Shown here one piece after another: positions 26,929-35,291 of a DNA stretch of 44,514 bases. The stretch is from a virus. The stretch lies in the UHGV virus genome UHGV-1355725, one strand, 5' to 3'. Position 1 is the first letter of the stretch. Every line of letters begins with the position of its first letter. The position numbers and the translations under genes were made by a program. The notes below the pieces were generated by a model that saw nothing but the letters and a program-made list of their open reading frames with translations, was not told where the DNA came from and searched no databases.

Positions 26929-27229
26929 CCGGGCCTCCTCGACGTGCGATGTATTCTCCGGCGACGATGCCAGAAAGGCGGGAATAGATAGGCATCCAGA
27001 GAATAGCGATGATGAAGCCCAGGCCGGCGATTTCACGATCACCTGTGATGCCGAACCACTGAGCCGCGAGAGGTGCGCCAAATACGGCGCAGGTGAAGCC
27101 TGTCGCAATAAAGCAGAACCCATCGACAGGGCCGGAAATGGTGGTCTTATGTTGCCTTAGTCCGATTACCCCGCCGGCTAGTGCGGCAGCGAGAAGCCAG
27201 CCTGTCACTGTTTCAGTAAATTTATCCAA
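26921..27229 (-). CDS. holin
   Basis: 102 aa with multiple TM segments (WLLAAALAGGVIGL; GFCFIATGFTCAVFGAPLAA; GLGFIIAILWMPIY); first gene of the lysis cassette. Confidence 0.5.
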   Translation of the reverse strand: MDKFTETVTGWLLAAALAGGVIGLRQHKTTISGPVDGFCFIATGFTCAVFGAPLAAQWFGITGDREIAGLGFIIAILWMPIYSRLSGIVAGEYIARRGGPDE

Positions 27230-27304
27230 GATGAATCCTCCAGGTGCGTATTAAGTATGCAGTAACTGGAGGATAGCACGGTTAGGAATTATCTTAATAA
27301 CGGT

Positions 27305-27607
27305 TTATTTATGGCGCCAAATGTACTGTCGTCTCTGTGGTTTCGTCGGAATATCTTCATACCCCAGCGATTTCCAGTAATTAAATAGCCGATTAGCAAT
27401 AGCCGCGCGTTCCTGCGTTTTAAACTCTCCGAGATTCACGGCCTTCCCGTTCTGGAATCCACATGCGCGGACAGCTTTGCGTCTGGCCTGAATCTCAGGG
27501 TACAGCGCGTTACGGCGGCGCTTGTATATTCTGGTGTTCGCTCTTGGTGACAGCGGCGCAAGGCCGCTTCGTTTCAGGATGTCAGTTGCGAGGCTCATGT
27601 TCCACAA
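27305..27607 (-). CDS. hypothetical basic protein
   Basis: 100-aa ORF, Arg/Lys-rich. Confidence 0.35.
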   Translation of the reverse strand: MWNMSLATDILKRSGLAPLSPRANTRIYKRRRNALYPEIQARRKAVRACGFQNGKAVNLGEFKTQERAAIANRLFNYWKSLGYEDIPTKPQRRQYIWRHK

Positions 27608-27791
27608 TCTCCGCGAGTTTAAGTATTAACGGGCACTTAAACCCTTCTCCAGGGTAGCGTCGGTTTATGTCCGCGAGTAATGCGATAACGGCGGCCTCAA
27701 GTTTTGCGTAATCTTCATACCCCACCCAATCACCCGCGTCATGGGGTCCTATTAAACCGCCTTGTAATTCATATCTCTGTACCATAATCAT
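27582..27791 (-). CDS. hypothetical protein
   Basis: 69-aa ORF in the early block. Confidence 0.35.
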   Translation of the reverse strand: MIMVQRYELQGGLIGPHDAGDWVGYEDYAKLEAAVIALLADINRRYPGEGFKCPLILKLAEIVEHEPRN

Positions 27792-28018
27792 TTCTCCTGT
27801 TTACCAAGTCGCTTAGGTGAGCAGATAGCACGTACCTCTGAATCGTTGGGCTTGTCGCCCTGAAACAGGAAGTGCGCGTTCTCTGCGGCGCGTGCCGCGG
27901 ACTGGCACGCCTCCATCGAGTAAAACGTTTCTGATGCCGCCAGGTGCATCTGGCCTGCGGACAATACCCAGATAAAAAGGATGCTGGTCATAAGTTTACC
28001 AGCCCGCATTTGGCGCAA
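27788..28018 (-). CDS. small secreted protein
   Basis: N-terminal signal-peptide-like segment MTSILFIWVLSAGQMHLAASE. Confidence 0.35.
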   Translation of the reverse strand: MRQMRAGKLMTSILFIWVLSAGQMHLAASETFYSMEACQSAARAAENAHFLFQGDKPNDSEVRAICSPKRLGKQEK

Positions 28019-28440
28019 CGCCTACCGTTGGGGTAATAATATTCCCAATCGTGCTCGCACTCGCTGGATTTAGTCACGCCGCAATTAACACATACGGCAG
28101 GAGCCTTACCATTAACGAATTGCCAGTTATGGTAGCATTCCCGCGCGTCTTCCTTACGGCAACCGGATTGCTCCTGTTCGCGTATAAGTTTGTACGCCTC
28201 TACGTCACCGGTAGCGGTAGCCAACGCCATATGCAACTCCTTAACTTGCCATGTCAGGTGCGATATGTGCTCAGATTTCTTAATGTTGTCTTTCTGCAAC
28301 TCCTTAATCTGCGCCGAAGCGTCACGTAACTGATTCTTAAGTGACTGCACCTCATGCGCCAGGTCTTCACACTGGTTGTTATTTACCTGCTGCCGTAACT
28401 GGTCAATCAGGTATTCGAATACTTCGTTTTTGTTACTCAT
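27988..28440 (-). CDS. coiled-coil protein with C-terminal zinc ribbon
   Basis: 150 aa; Gln/Leu-rich helix then CxxC...CxxC (CVNCG...CAKCG). Confidence 0.45.
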   Translation of the reverse strand: MSNKNEVFEYLIDQLRQQVNNNQCEDLAHEVQSLKNQLRDASAQIKELQKDNIKKSEHISHLTWQVKELHMALATATGDVEAYKLIREQEQSGCRKEDARECYHNWQFVNGKAPAVCVNCGVTKSSECEHDWEYYYPNGRRCAKCGLVNL

Positions 28441-28597
28441 TTTTCTGCCTCTCCCGGTCTCTTTTTAGCATTTCATTGGCTTCCGCCAGTGCCTCTTTCC
28501 AGGTATCGAACTGGCGTCCGTTGCACACCCACGGAGCCCCCTTATAATTTCCTCTGCGTCGTAGGTACCCGTACGATACCGCTTCTTTAAACGTCAT
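28433..28597 (-). CDS. hypothetical protein
   Basis: ATG start MTFKEAVSYGYLRRR...; overlaps neighbours. Confidence 0.35.
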   Translation of the reverse strand: MTFKEAVSYGYLRRRGNYKGAPWVCNGRQFDTWKEALAEANEMLKRDRERQKNE

Positions 28598-28751
28598 CTT
28601 CACCCCTTTTCTCATCAACCCCGACTAGCAGCGATTTAGTGCCGCCGTCGCACACCGAAGTGCTACCCATTATTTCGTAAGCGTCTACCAGTTCGCCTAA
28701 TGTCCAGCTACCATACCAGCCCATCTTCTGTCTCTCCTCTCGTTTGTGTAA

Positions 28752-28784
28752 ATGAATAGTATCCTATTATATCTTAGCGTGCAA
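28752..28784 (-). promoter_or_regulatory. class-1 promoter with embedded inverted-repeat operator (minus strand)
   Basis: Minus strand TTGCAC (rc of 28779-28784), 17-bp spacer, TACTAT (rc of 28756-28761); inverted repeat AATAG-TATC-CTATT 28755-28768. Confidence 0.5.
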
Positions 28785-29087
28785 GTAAATTTTATTGGTG
28801 TTTTAAAGATAGTCGTTCACCGCGAATCCAGTAGTACCTCGGGCGTCGCGCCCACTGACGCCAGCGCATAACACGGTACTTGTTGCCGTCTGACGCAACA
28901 ACAAGCCCAAATCGCTTTTCCCCGTTCCTACTGGTCCAGGTTACGATGTCATTCAGTTTCATTGTTGCGTCCCCTGCAATAGTCGCTTCGATTGTTGCGT
29001 TTGGTGAAATAGAATAAAAATGAGAAAAATGATACGCTGCTGTGTAGCAGCGTAAGTCACAAAGCCAAATAGTAACCTATTGACCTG

Positions 29088-29288
29088 TTACATCGGTTTC
29101 GGCGGTTTAGGTACTTTCCTCCAGTGTGTTATATCCTCGTTATCTATGTTGGAGTTGAATTCATCCCAACTATCCCACTCATCCGAATCATCGTCGAACC
29201 ATTTAATCTCAACCTCTTCCCCATCAGTCACAAGTACATGAGAGAAAGGAGTGGGCATCTGCTCACTGCACTTAATCCACTTACTCAT
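29088..29288 (-). CDS. DUF551-like phage protein
   Basis: 66 aa; MSKWIKCSEQMPTP...W...WRKVPKPPKP pattern typical of DUF551. Confidence 0.5.
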   Translation of the reverse strand: MSKWIKCSEQMPTPFSHVLVTDGEEVEIKWFDDDSDEWDSWDEFNSNIDNEDITHWRKVPKPPKPM

Positions 29289-29438
29289 ATCTCACCTCGT
29301 ATTCATCGCAGTTCGCACACCAGCTTTCCACGCCCGCCACGCGAGACGCGTCTTAACGTTCATGTACTCTTTCTTTGAACCTTTGTTAACCGGCAGACCT
29401 TCGACGACGGCCCACCGTTCAAATGCTTCTCTCATAAC

Positions 29439-29630
29439 TTAGTCCTCATCATCTTCTAAGTCAGGGTACACTATGAAATCGCCAAGCCTTTGCAACTCCG
29501 CACCAGCCATAAAATAACCAAGTGCTTCGGCTCTTTCGGAATCTGTTTTAAACTCAGACAGAGGATATCTTTCGTAGAACTTGTTAATTAGTAACGCTTG
29601 GTCAAACTTAGTCGCATCATAATTATTCAT
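29439..29630 (-). CDS. hypothetical acidic protein
   Basis: 63-aa ORF ending DLEDDED. Confidence 0.35.
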   Translation of the reverse strand: MNNYDATKFDQALLINKFYERYPLSEFKTDSERAEALGYFMAGAELQRLGDFIVYPDLEDDED

Positions 29631-29633
29631 AAC

Positions 29634-29825
29634 TTAGCCCTCCAGAATTACATATTCACGTCTACGCACGTACAGTTCCTCACCACAATGTTCGACTGTG
29701 CATCCGTAATCGTTACTGGACGTAGCCTCGAACTCATACCCAACGGATACCCCAAAGTAACGCAGTGGGTGGTCGCCATAACCAGGCGGAAGAACATAAT
29801 CGACATCAGTTATACGAATTTTCAT
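29634..29825 (-). CDS. hypothetical protein
   Basis: 63-aa ORF. Confidence 0.35.
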   Translation of the reverse strand: MKIRITDVDYVLPPGYGDHPLRYFGVSVGYEFEATSSNDYGCTVEHCGEELYVRRREYVILEG

Positions 29826-30028
29826 TCACGGCAACCTCCCTCAGAGTCGTCGGCACGAGCGTCATGATTCGGTGCCGTTCGTAGTGCACGTAAAACTTTT
29901 AGCAATAGCTCGCATGTCCCGGAAGAAATAGTTGGGCCATCTAATAAAACAACCTCGTATCTGTTTACCTGGAAGTGCACCTTCTCCAGTCTATGGTGTT
30001 TCAGTTCTTCAAATAATTCTTCCATCAT
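29822..30028 (-). CDS. hypothetical protein
   Basis: 68-aa ORF overlapping its neighbours by 4 nt. Confidence 0.35.
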   Translation of the reverse strand: MMEELFEELKHHRLEKVHFQVNRYEVVLLDGPTISSGTCELLLKVLRALRTAPNHDARADDSEGGCRE

Positions 30029-30210
30029 TTCGCCCCTTTGAATTTAAAATTGTTGCCGATGAGTTCTATGTCTTTCGCGTACAGGAAACCGTAGTGGATT
30101 CCATTTTTCACCTTAACGAGGTCGTACATTTCTAAGTACCACTCTACGAAGTAAAAATCCCTCGTTCCTTTAACTTTAACCAACTGACCTTTCTTAAACA
30201 TAACCCTCAC
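30025..30210 (-). CDS. hypothetical protein (first gene after promoter)
   Basis: 61-aa ORF directly downstream of the class-1 promoter at 30232-30264. Confidence 0.35.
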   Translation of the reverse strand: MRVMFKKGQLVKVKGTRDFYFVEWYLEMYDLVKVKNGIHYGFLYAKDIELIGNNFKFKGAK

Positions 30211-30231
30211 TCCTCTGTCTCGTTTCGATAA

Positions 30232-30264
30232 GTGAATAGTAACCTATTATGTTGGGGTGTGCAA
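30232..30264 (-). promoter_or_regulatory. class-1 promoter with embedded inverted-repeat operator (minus strand)
   Basis: Minus strand TTGCAC (rc of 30259-30264), 17-bp spacer, TACTAT (rc of 30236-30241); inverted repeat AATAG-TAAC-CTATT 30235-30248. Confidence 0.5.
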
Positions 30265-30306
30265 GAGAATAGTTACGTTGCCGTTGTGATTCTTTCGTTT
30301 CTTAAA

Positions 30307-30362
30307 AGAGTACGCAACGCAGTGGGTGGGCGTCAGCCCACCCCAGCGGAGTGAAGTACTCT
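30307..30362. repeat. nested inverted repeat / structured element in the early intergenic region
   Basis: Outer arms AGAGTAC (30307-30313) and GTACTCT (30356-30362) enclose the hairpin GGGTGGGC-gtca-GCCCACCC (30324-30343). Confidence 0.6.
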
Positions 30363-30639
30363 CTACCTTGCCCACGGCAACTATAGAAACTTTTAATTAT
30401 CAGGTACTTAAGAGATATGCCGCCGGTGTGAATAGAGCTTGCCCAGGGCAACCGGAGATACTAAGGAAGGAAAGTTACGATAATTCATTTGTTCAGTAAT
30501 CTGCCGCTTAACACTTCGCTTGCGCTGGTGCGCCGCTGCGTTTCAAGCGGGTATTACAAGGTGAACAGGAATCAAAGTAACTAAGATATATAAGCACCTT
30601 AAACGAAGATTTTCATAATGTCAATAGGTACGATTATGT

Positions 30640-30668
30640 TTGATTTCCCATTATTCGCAATGTATACT
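30640..30668 (+). promoter_or_regulatory. sigma70-type promoter for the rightward early operon
   Basis: TTGATT (30640-30645), 17-bp spacer, TATACT (30663-30668); ATG 30701 follows. Confidence 0.45.
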
Positions 30669-30700
30669 CAGTTTCGTTAACTGATAATGAGGGTTTGAGA

Positions 30701-30853
30701 ATGGTTACTTTGACAGAAGAGCGGTTGAAAGAGTTGCTGGTAGAAGCGTGGTTTAACGGACATAACGAGCGCAGATACTGCCCCAATAAATACGGCACAG
30801 CTACAGCGTTTGCGCGGGAAACAATTAAGGAGATTAAAGATGACACAGAATGA
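30701..30853 (+). CDS. small hypothetical protein
   Basis: 50-aa ORF with RBS GAGGG; first ORF of the rightward operon. Confidence 0.35.
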   Translation: MVTLTEERLKELLVEAWFNGHNERRYCPNKYGTATAFARETIKEIKDDTE

Positions 30854-31010
30854 AGTAGCTGAGCGTATCGGGGTTACTCGCCGCACGCTGAATAACTGGT
30901 TAAAGAGTGGGAAGTTCCCGGATTGTTGTATTCGCATTATGGGCCGTCGGCAGCCAGGTACGTTTGACCCGGAGAAAGTGGAAGCGTGGATTAAGGAGAA
31001 TGTAAAATGA
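30840..31010 (+). CDS. small HTH DNA-binding protein
   Basis: 56 aa, MTQNEVAERIGVTRRTLNNWLKSGKFP HTH-like. Confidence 0.45.
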   Translation: MTQNEVAERIGVTRRTLNNWLKSGKFPDCCIRIMGRRQPGTFDPEKVEAWIKENVK

Positions 31011-31240
31011 CCGAGTTCCAGTCACGTGTATTTACGGCAGTCGTTTCGTTAACACGTAAAAAAGGTTCGTGCAGCGTTATTGACTTGCGCCGTAGTTATT
31101 TTAAGTACTATAGTTCCGCCATTATTGAAGGGTCGTTGAAGGTGCTGGTTAAATCTGGTGTCGTGAAAAACACTGGCGGGAAATATAGCGCAGTTGCCGA
31201 AGTTCGCGGAATGGCAGCCACTTTAGAAGACCTGGAATAA
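31007..31240 (+). CDS. hypothetical protein
   Basis: 77-aa ORF. Confidence 0.4.
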   Translation: MTEFQSRVFTAVVSLTRKKGSCSVIDLRRSYFKYYSSAIIEGSLKVLVKSGVVKNTGGKYSAVAEVRGMAATLEDLE

Positions 31241-31297
31241 AAGAAAGCCCCGACGTTAGAGCGCCGAGGCTAAATTACTTGCCGAAGGAAACACAAC

Positions 31298-33565
31298 ATG
31301 TCCGATGTAATTTTATCCTACTCGTGGTCACGTCGCAACGCGCGGGCAGAGAAAAAGGATATAAACGTCAGAACTACACACACAGCAACACTGGACGACC
31401 TGAAAGAGTTAATTCAGCCGCTAGATGCCGTTCGCGACGTGGTTAACCCTAAGACCGCGCCTGGCTATATCACCGCCGCGTGTGACTCTACGCACAGCAC
31501 CGTAAAAGACCCGGAAACCGGCGACTTTAAGCAAGCGCGTAAAGGCTTCTTCTATCGCTGCGATGCGTCTGTAAGCAAATCGTCGCTGGCGTACCTGGAC
31601 TTCGACAGCGCAACGCCGGAAGAGTATCAGGAAGCAGTGCGCCTGGTTAAGCGCAGCCGCCCGGCCATGTGTCTCTATACCACGGCATCGCATACCGACG
31701 AGTCCCCTCGCTTTCGCGTCGTCATGCCGCTTGCCCGTCCTGTTGAGGGTGGTGACATCATCCGTGTTCGTCATGGGATGCTGGAGCACTTCTTCAAAGG
31801 CATGGGCGCGGACCGTAGCGGGTTCACTCTGTCACAGCCAATGTACCTGCCGCCAGTTGGCTCTCAGGTTATCTGGTCGCGCCGCAACGACCTGATTGAC
31901 CCGGATGAGTTACTGGAAGGTATACCAGCCATTGACGTTAGCAGCGCATCGGATTACCAGATACCGGAAGAACTGCGCACCGCGTTTACGGATGCGTTTG
32001 AAGCACTGGCGTTTGAGTACGGCGGTATCATGACGCCACGCGGCCTTAAGATGCCAGCTACACCGGAACATGCAGAGAACTACAGCGACCCGACGCCGCG
32101 ACCGGACGACTTCCTGCTGTGTTTCCCGCGTGAGGGATATGAAGCGCCTAACGTAACCATGATTCACGACACCGACATTACGGCAACCGAAGGCATGTCA
32201 CCGAAGGAGGTGTGGAAGTATGCGTGCGACGCGACCGGGCTGCCGTTCAGTGAAGTCGCTGAGGCAATCGGCTGGGGCGCGCGTGAATCTGTTTCATGCA
32301 GCCTGGACGACCTGGAAGACGAGGATGACTCAGAGGAGGACGAGTTACCAGAACCGGTAAAGGCTGATTTCGTCGTCGAAGGGTACATGCCGTCCGATTG
32401 CATCTGGGATATTGTCGGGGAATCTGGCACGTACAAGTCGTTCTATACGCTGGGGATGATGTACCTCAGCGCCGCCGGATACCGGTTTGCCGGGGCGGAT
32501 ACCCAGCGTTGCCACCACTTCTATATCGACGGTGAGGGTGGCGCAGCCACACGTACACGTATTGACGCGCTCGCGGCTAAATACGGCGCAGAGGGTAAAG
32601 ATTATGTACACGTCATCGACATGGGAGAAGTCGGCAAACTTAAAAATCTGATTAAGTTAATGCGCGAAACCGCCGGCGACGAGCCAATTGGTATGGTCGC
32701 GTTCGACACCCTTAACCAGACCCTGGCACTGACGATTGATAAGTTCGACGAGAACAGTTCATCGACGGCAATCGGTATGGGTAAAATCATCGCCATCCTG
32801 AAAGAAGTACGCGACGCAACTAAAGCCGCGGTTGGCGTTGTCCACCATACGCCGAAGGGCGGGAAGAAAGCCCGTGGCAGCGGGGCACTGTATGCAGGTG
32901 TCGACGTGGAACTGACAATCGAACGCGCTACCGACCGCCAGATAAACGTATACCACTCTAAATTTAAGCACGGACCTCAACAGAAGACGGTTGGCATGGT
33001 GCTGGAGTCGGTACAGTTCCGTGAAGCCCCTCCGCCGAAAGAATACCGTGCGGTTGAGTTCATTGGTGACACAGAGGAATACGGCACCATCGTAAACCTC
33101 GACCTGCCGGAACCGCACAAGGCGCTTGTGTTGATGCCGTGGGGCTTCGAGCCGTTCAAAACTGACGAGGAGAAAGAGAGGGAAGAAGGGCTGACGAAAG
33201 AAGGTAAAGAAAACGTACGTAAAACCGTAGAGAATGCCGTCAATAGTTCAGAAGCCACGATACTGGCTGCGTTTGAACTGGCGGAAGGAACCTACAACGG
33301 CAACGAAGGTATCACGGCAGCAGCGGCAAATAAGCTAGCGCAGTCGGACCCCAACTCAAAGGCGTTTAACTCCAAAGAAGCCATAGAGCGTGGGAAGATT
33401 AAGAAAATGGTTGAGGCCGGGTATCTTGTACCTGGAACAGATGAAAACAATCAGATAATCCCGGGCCGTTACAGACTGAACACCCGAATAACGGATAACA
33501 AGATTCCGAAGACAATATACGAACAGAATGAAATGTTGACCGTGACAGAGGAGGATTTGGAATGA
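31298..33565 (+). CDS. primase-helicase-type replication protein (N-terminal primase-like region, C-terminal RecA-like ATPase)
   Basis: 755 aa; RBS GAAGGA; Walker A GESGTYKSF and Walker B-like MVAFDT in the C-terminal half. Confidence 0.6.
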   Translation: MSDVILSYSWSRRNARAEKKDINVRTTHTATLDDLKELIQPLDAVRDVVNPKTAPGYITAACDSTHSTVKDPETGDFKQARKGFFYRCDASVSKSSLAYLDFDSATPEEYQEAVRLVKRSRPAMCLYTTASHTDESPRFRVVMPLARPVEGGDIIRVRHGMLEHFFKGMGADRSGFTLSQPMYLPPVGSQVIWSRRNDLIDPDELLEGIPAIDVSSASDYQIPEELRTAFTDAFEALAFEYGGIMTPRGLKMPATPEHAENYSDPTPRPDDFLLCFPREGYEAPNVTMIHDTDITATEGMSPKEVWKYACDATGLPFSEVAEAIGWGARESVSCSLDDLEDEDDSEEDELPEPVKADFVVEGYMPSDCIWDIVGESGTYKSFYTLGMMYLSAAGYRFAGADTQRCHHFYIDGEGGAATRTRIDALAAKYGAEGKDYVHVIDMGEVGKLKNLIKLMRETAGDEPIGMVAFDTLNQTLALTIDKFDENSSSTAIGMGKIIAILKEVRDATKAAVGVVHHTPKGGKKARGSGALYAGVDVELTIERATDRQINVYHSKFKHGPQQKTVGMVLESVQFREAPPPKEYRAVEFIGDTEEYGTIVNLDLPEPHKALVLMPWGFEPFKTDEEKEREEGLTKEGKENVRKTVENAVNSSEATILAAFELAEGTYNGNEGITAAAANKLAQSDPNSKAFNSKEAIERGKIKKMVEAGYLVPGTDENNQIIPGRYRLNTRITDNKIPKTIYEQNEMLTVTEEDLE

Positions 33566-33704
33566 ACGCCGAACAGTTAATTGCAGAGTTGAAGCAGTGC
33601 GAACAGGATAACGACGGCCAATTTATTGTTTCTGAGGATTTAATCTGCGGTCTTGTTTCGTTTCTTGAAAATCTGCCGAAGGTGATAGTAGAGGGGTAAA
33701 AAGA

Positions 33705-33723
33705 AAGGGGCGTTAAGCCCCTT
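33705..33723. terminator. hairpin terminator between convergent genes
   Basis: GGGGC-gttaa-GCCCC with T-run on the minus strand; overlaps the stop codon of the XRE gene. Confidence 0.4.
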
Positions 33724-33928
33724 CACCGAACGCCAGCCACTTGGCGTCTACTTGCAGCACTTTAGCCAGTTTAAACAGCGTAGCCGGGCGGACGTCCTGA
33801 GTTACACCGAGTGCCAGCTGGTTAATCGCGCCCTGGGAAACGCCGGTCAGCACCGCCAGACGGCGCTGAGAGAGGCCGAGTTCTTTACGGCGTTGTTCTA
33901 CGCGGATGCCTAGTTCAGATGGTTGCAT
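33713..33928 (-). CDS. XRE-family (Cro/C1-type) HTH transcriptional regulator
   Basis: 71 aa; LGLSQRRLAVLTGVSQGAINQLALG HTH; RBS AAGGAG; divergent from the rightward operon with operator-bearing promoters in the intergenic region. Confidence 0.8.
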   Translation of the reverse strand: MQPSELGIRVEQRRKELGLSQRRLAVLTGVSQGAINQLALGVTQDVRPATLFKLAKVLQVDAKWLAFGEGA

Positions 33929-33956
33929 GTCAATTACTCCTTAGTCAGTTGATATG

Positions 33957-33990
33957 TGAATAGTACCATATTAATTATTTTAGAAAAGCC
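33957..33990 (-). promoter_or_regulatory. class-1-like promoter/operator for the regulator gene
   Basis: Minus strand TACTAT (rc of 33960-33965) with imperfect repeat AATAG-TACC-ATATT (33959-33972); weak -35 (CTTTTC). Confidence 0.4.
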
Positions 33991-33992
33991 CA

Positions 33993-34022
33993 TTGACAAC
34001 ATGAATAGTTAGCTATTATAGT
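33993..34022 (+). promoter_or_regulatory. class-2 promoter with embedded inverted-repeat operator
   Basis: TTGACA (33993-33998), 18-bp spacer, TATAGT (34017-34022); inverted repeat AATAG-TTAG-CTATT 34004-34017. Confidence 0.55.
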
Positions 34023-34054
34023 TAGCCCATACCAAACGAGAGGAGAGAAACAAA

Positions 34055-34516
34055 ATGTTAGAGAAATTCTTAGTATTACTGGAACGTTTCGTAGTTGCGC
34101 ATGAACTGATTGCCGCGAATAGTGCGAAACAAGTTGTCGTTGCTGAAACCGCAACAATCGAGCCTACTGTTGCAGCAAAAGAAATCCCGGTCGAAGGTGA
34201 AGACATCGTTGACACTAAACCAGCAGAAGAAGAGAAGCCGAAACGCAAGCCGCGTAAAGCTAAAGTAGAGGAACCGACGCCAGAGCCGGAAGAAGAGAAA
34301 GAAGAGGTCGATTATAAGTCTCTGCGTGACCAGATTCAGGCTATTGACGATGCGATTAACGAAGGTCCTAGCGATGCCGCGTGCGATGATTCCGATGAAC
34401 TGCTGGAAGAGTTCACCGGCAAGAAGATGAAGATTGCTGCGATTAAAGACGAAGACCTGGCTGAGTACCTGGAACGCCTGACAGCAATCAAGAACAAGTA
34501 TTTCGAAGAAGAATAA
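34055..34516 (+). CDS. acidic hypothetical protein
   Basis: 153 aa, Glu/Asp/Pro/Lys-rich, low complexity; RBS GAGAGGAG; first gene after the class-2 promoter. Confidence 0.5.
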   Translation: MLEKFLVLLERFVVAHELIAANSAKQVVVAETATIEPTVAAKEIPVEGEDIVDTKPAEEEKPKRKPRKAKVEEPTPEPEEEKEEVDYKSLRDQIQAIDDAINEGPSDAACDDSDELLEEFTGKKMKIAAIKDEDLAEYLERLTAIKNKYFEEE

Positions 34517-34558
34517 CCATCTGGCGGCCTTCGGGCCGCTTTAACTGAGGGCAAAGAA

Positions 34559-34768
34559 ATGAAAATAAGACTACTGAACGACGGGGGATTTGCGGAGCTG
34601 TCGAGTATTAATTTTCCGGTAGAAGTTAATGCGGACGATTGGCTCGGTATGGGCTTCGATGTTAGAGAGACAGAGTTTGACAAATTTGGGCTAAAGCTAA
34701 GGTCTGAGTGTGATGACGATATGTTCTATTTTAGCTTGGCTAATGGTGAGTGTGAGGTTGTGGAATGA
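34559..34768 (+). CDS. hypothetical protein
   Basis: 69-aa ORF. Confidence 0.4.
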   Translation: MKIRLLNDGGFAELSSINFPVEVNADDWLGMGFDVRETEFDKFGLKLRSECDDDMFYFSLANGECEVVE

Positions 34769-35037
34769 TTTACCAACTCTACCGCGCTGTAGACAGGCGG
34801 GATAACACGGAGGCGCTATGGCTGTTGCGTGCGCCGTCCGGTGCGCACCAGATGGAGGAGATGGCGTACTTAGGCAAAGCGCCACGGCCTAAAGATATAG
34901 GCCGTCATGTTTCGCAGATTAAGCGCACGACTTTCGCCAAGCCCGACTTTTATGTCTTCGAGTCTATGTATGGGTGGGCCATGCACTGCGATCATAAGAC
35001 CAGGCATTTAATTGACCAGTGGGAGAACGGGGTATGA
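34765..35037 (+). CDS. hypothetical protein
   Basis: 90-aa ORF overlapping its neighbours. Confidence 0.4.
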   Translation: MIYQLYRAVDRRDNTEALWLLRAPSGAHQMEEMAYLGKAPRPKDIGRHVSQIKRTTFAKPDFYVFESMYGWAMHCDHKTRHLIDQWENGV

Positions 35038-35291
35038 ATTGGATTAGCGTAAACGAAGAATTACCAGAGTCAAAAGATGATTCTGTTTTAGTTTGCTCAG
35101 TAGATGGCAGTAAATATGACGATAACGGATTCCCGGAAGGTGGAGTTGATTTTGTACATATACAGGACTATTTCGACGACATTACTGCTTGGTTGGATGA
35201 AAACGGAAATCAGTTATATACGAAACGGTATGTAGAGATGGGTATAACGCACTGGATGTATTTACCGGAACTACCAGAGGACGTTAAATAA
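35034..35291 (+). CDS. DUF551-like phage protein
   Basis: MNWISVNEELPES...W...YLPELPE pattern; ATG overlaps the upstream stop. Confidence 0.45.
   Translation: MNWISVNEELPESKDDSVLVCSVDGSKYDDNGFPEGGVDFVHIQDYFDDITAWLDENGNQLYTKRYVEMGITHWMYLPELPEDVK

Noticed and set aside
31421-33258. Minus-strand ORFs inside the primase-helicase gene
   Set aside because: Antisense shadow ORFs without RBS in a region covered by a well-supported plus-strand gene.
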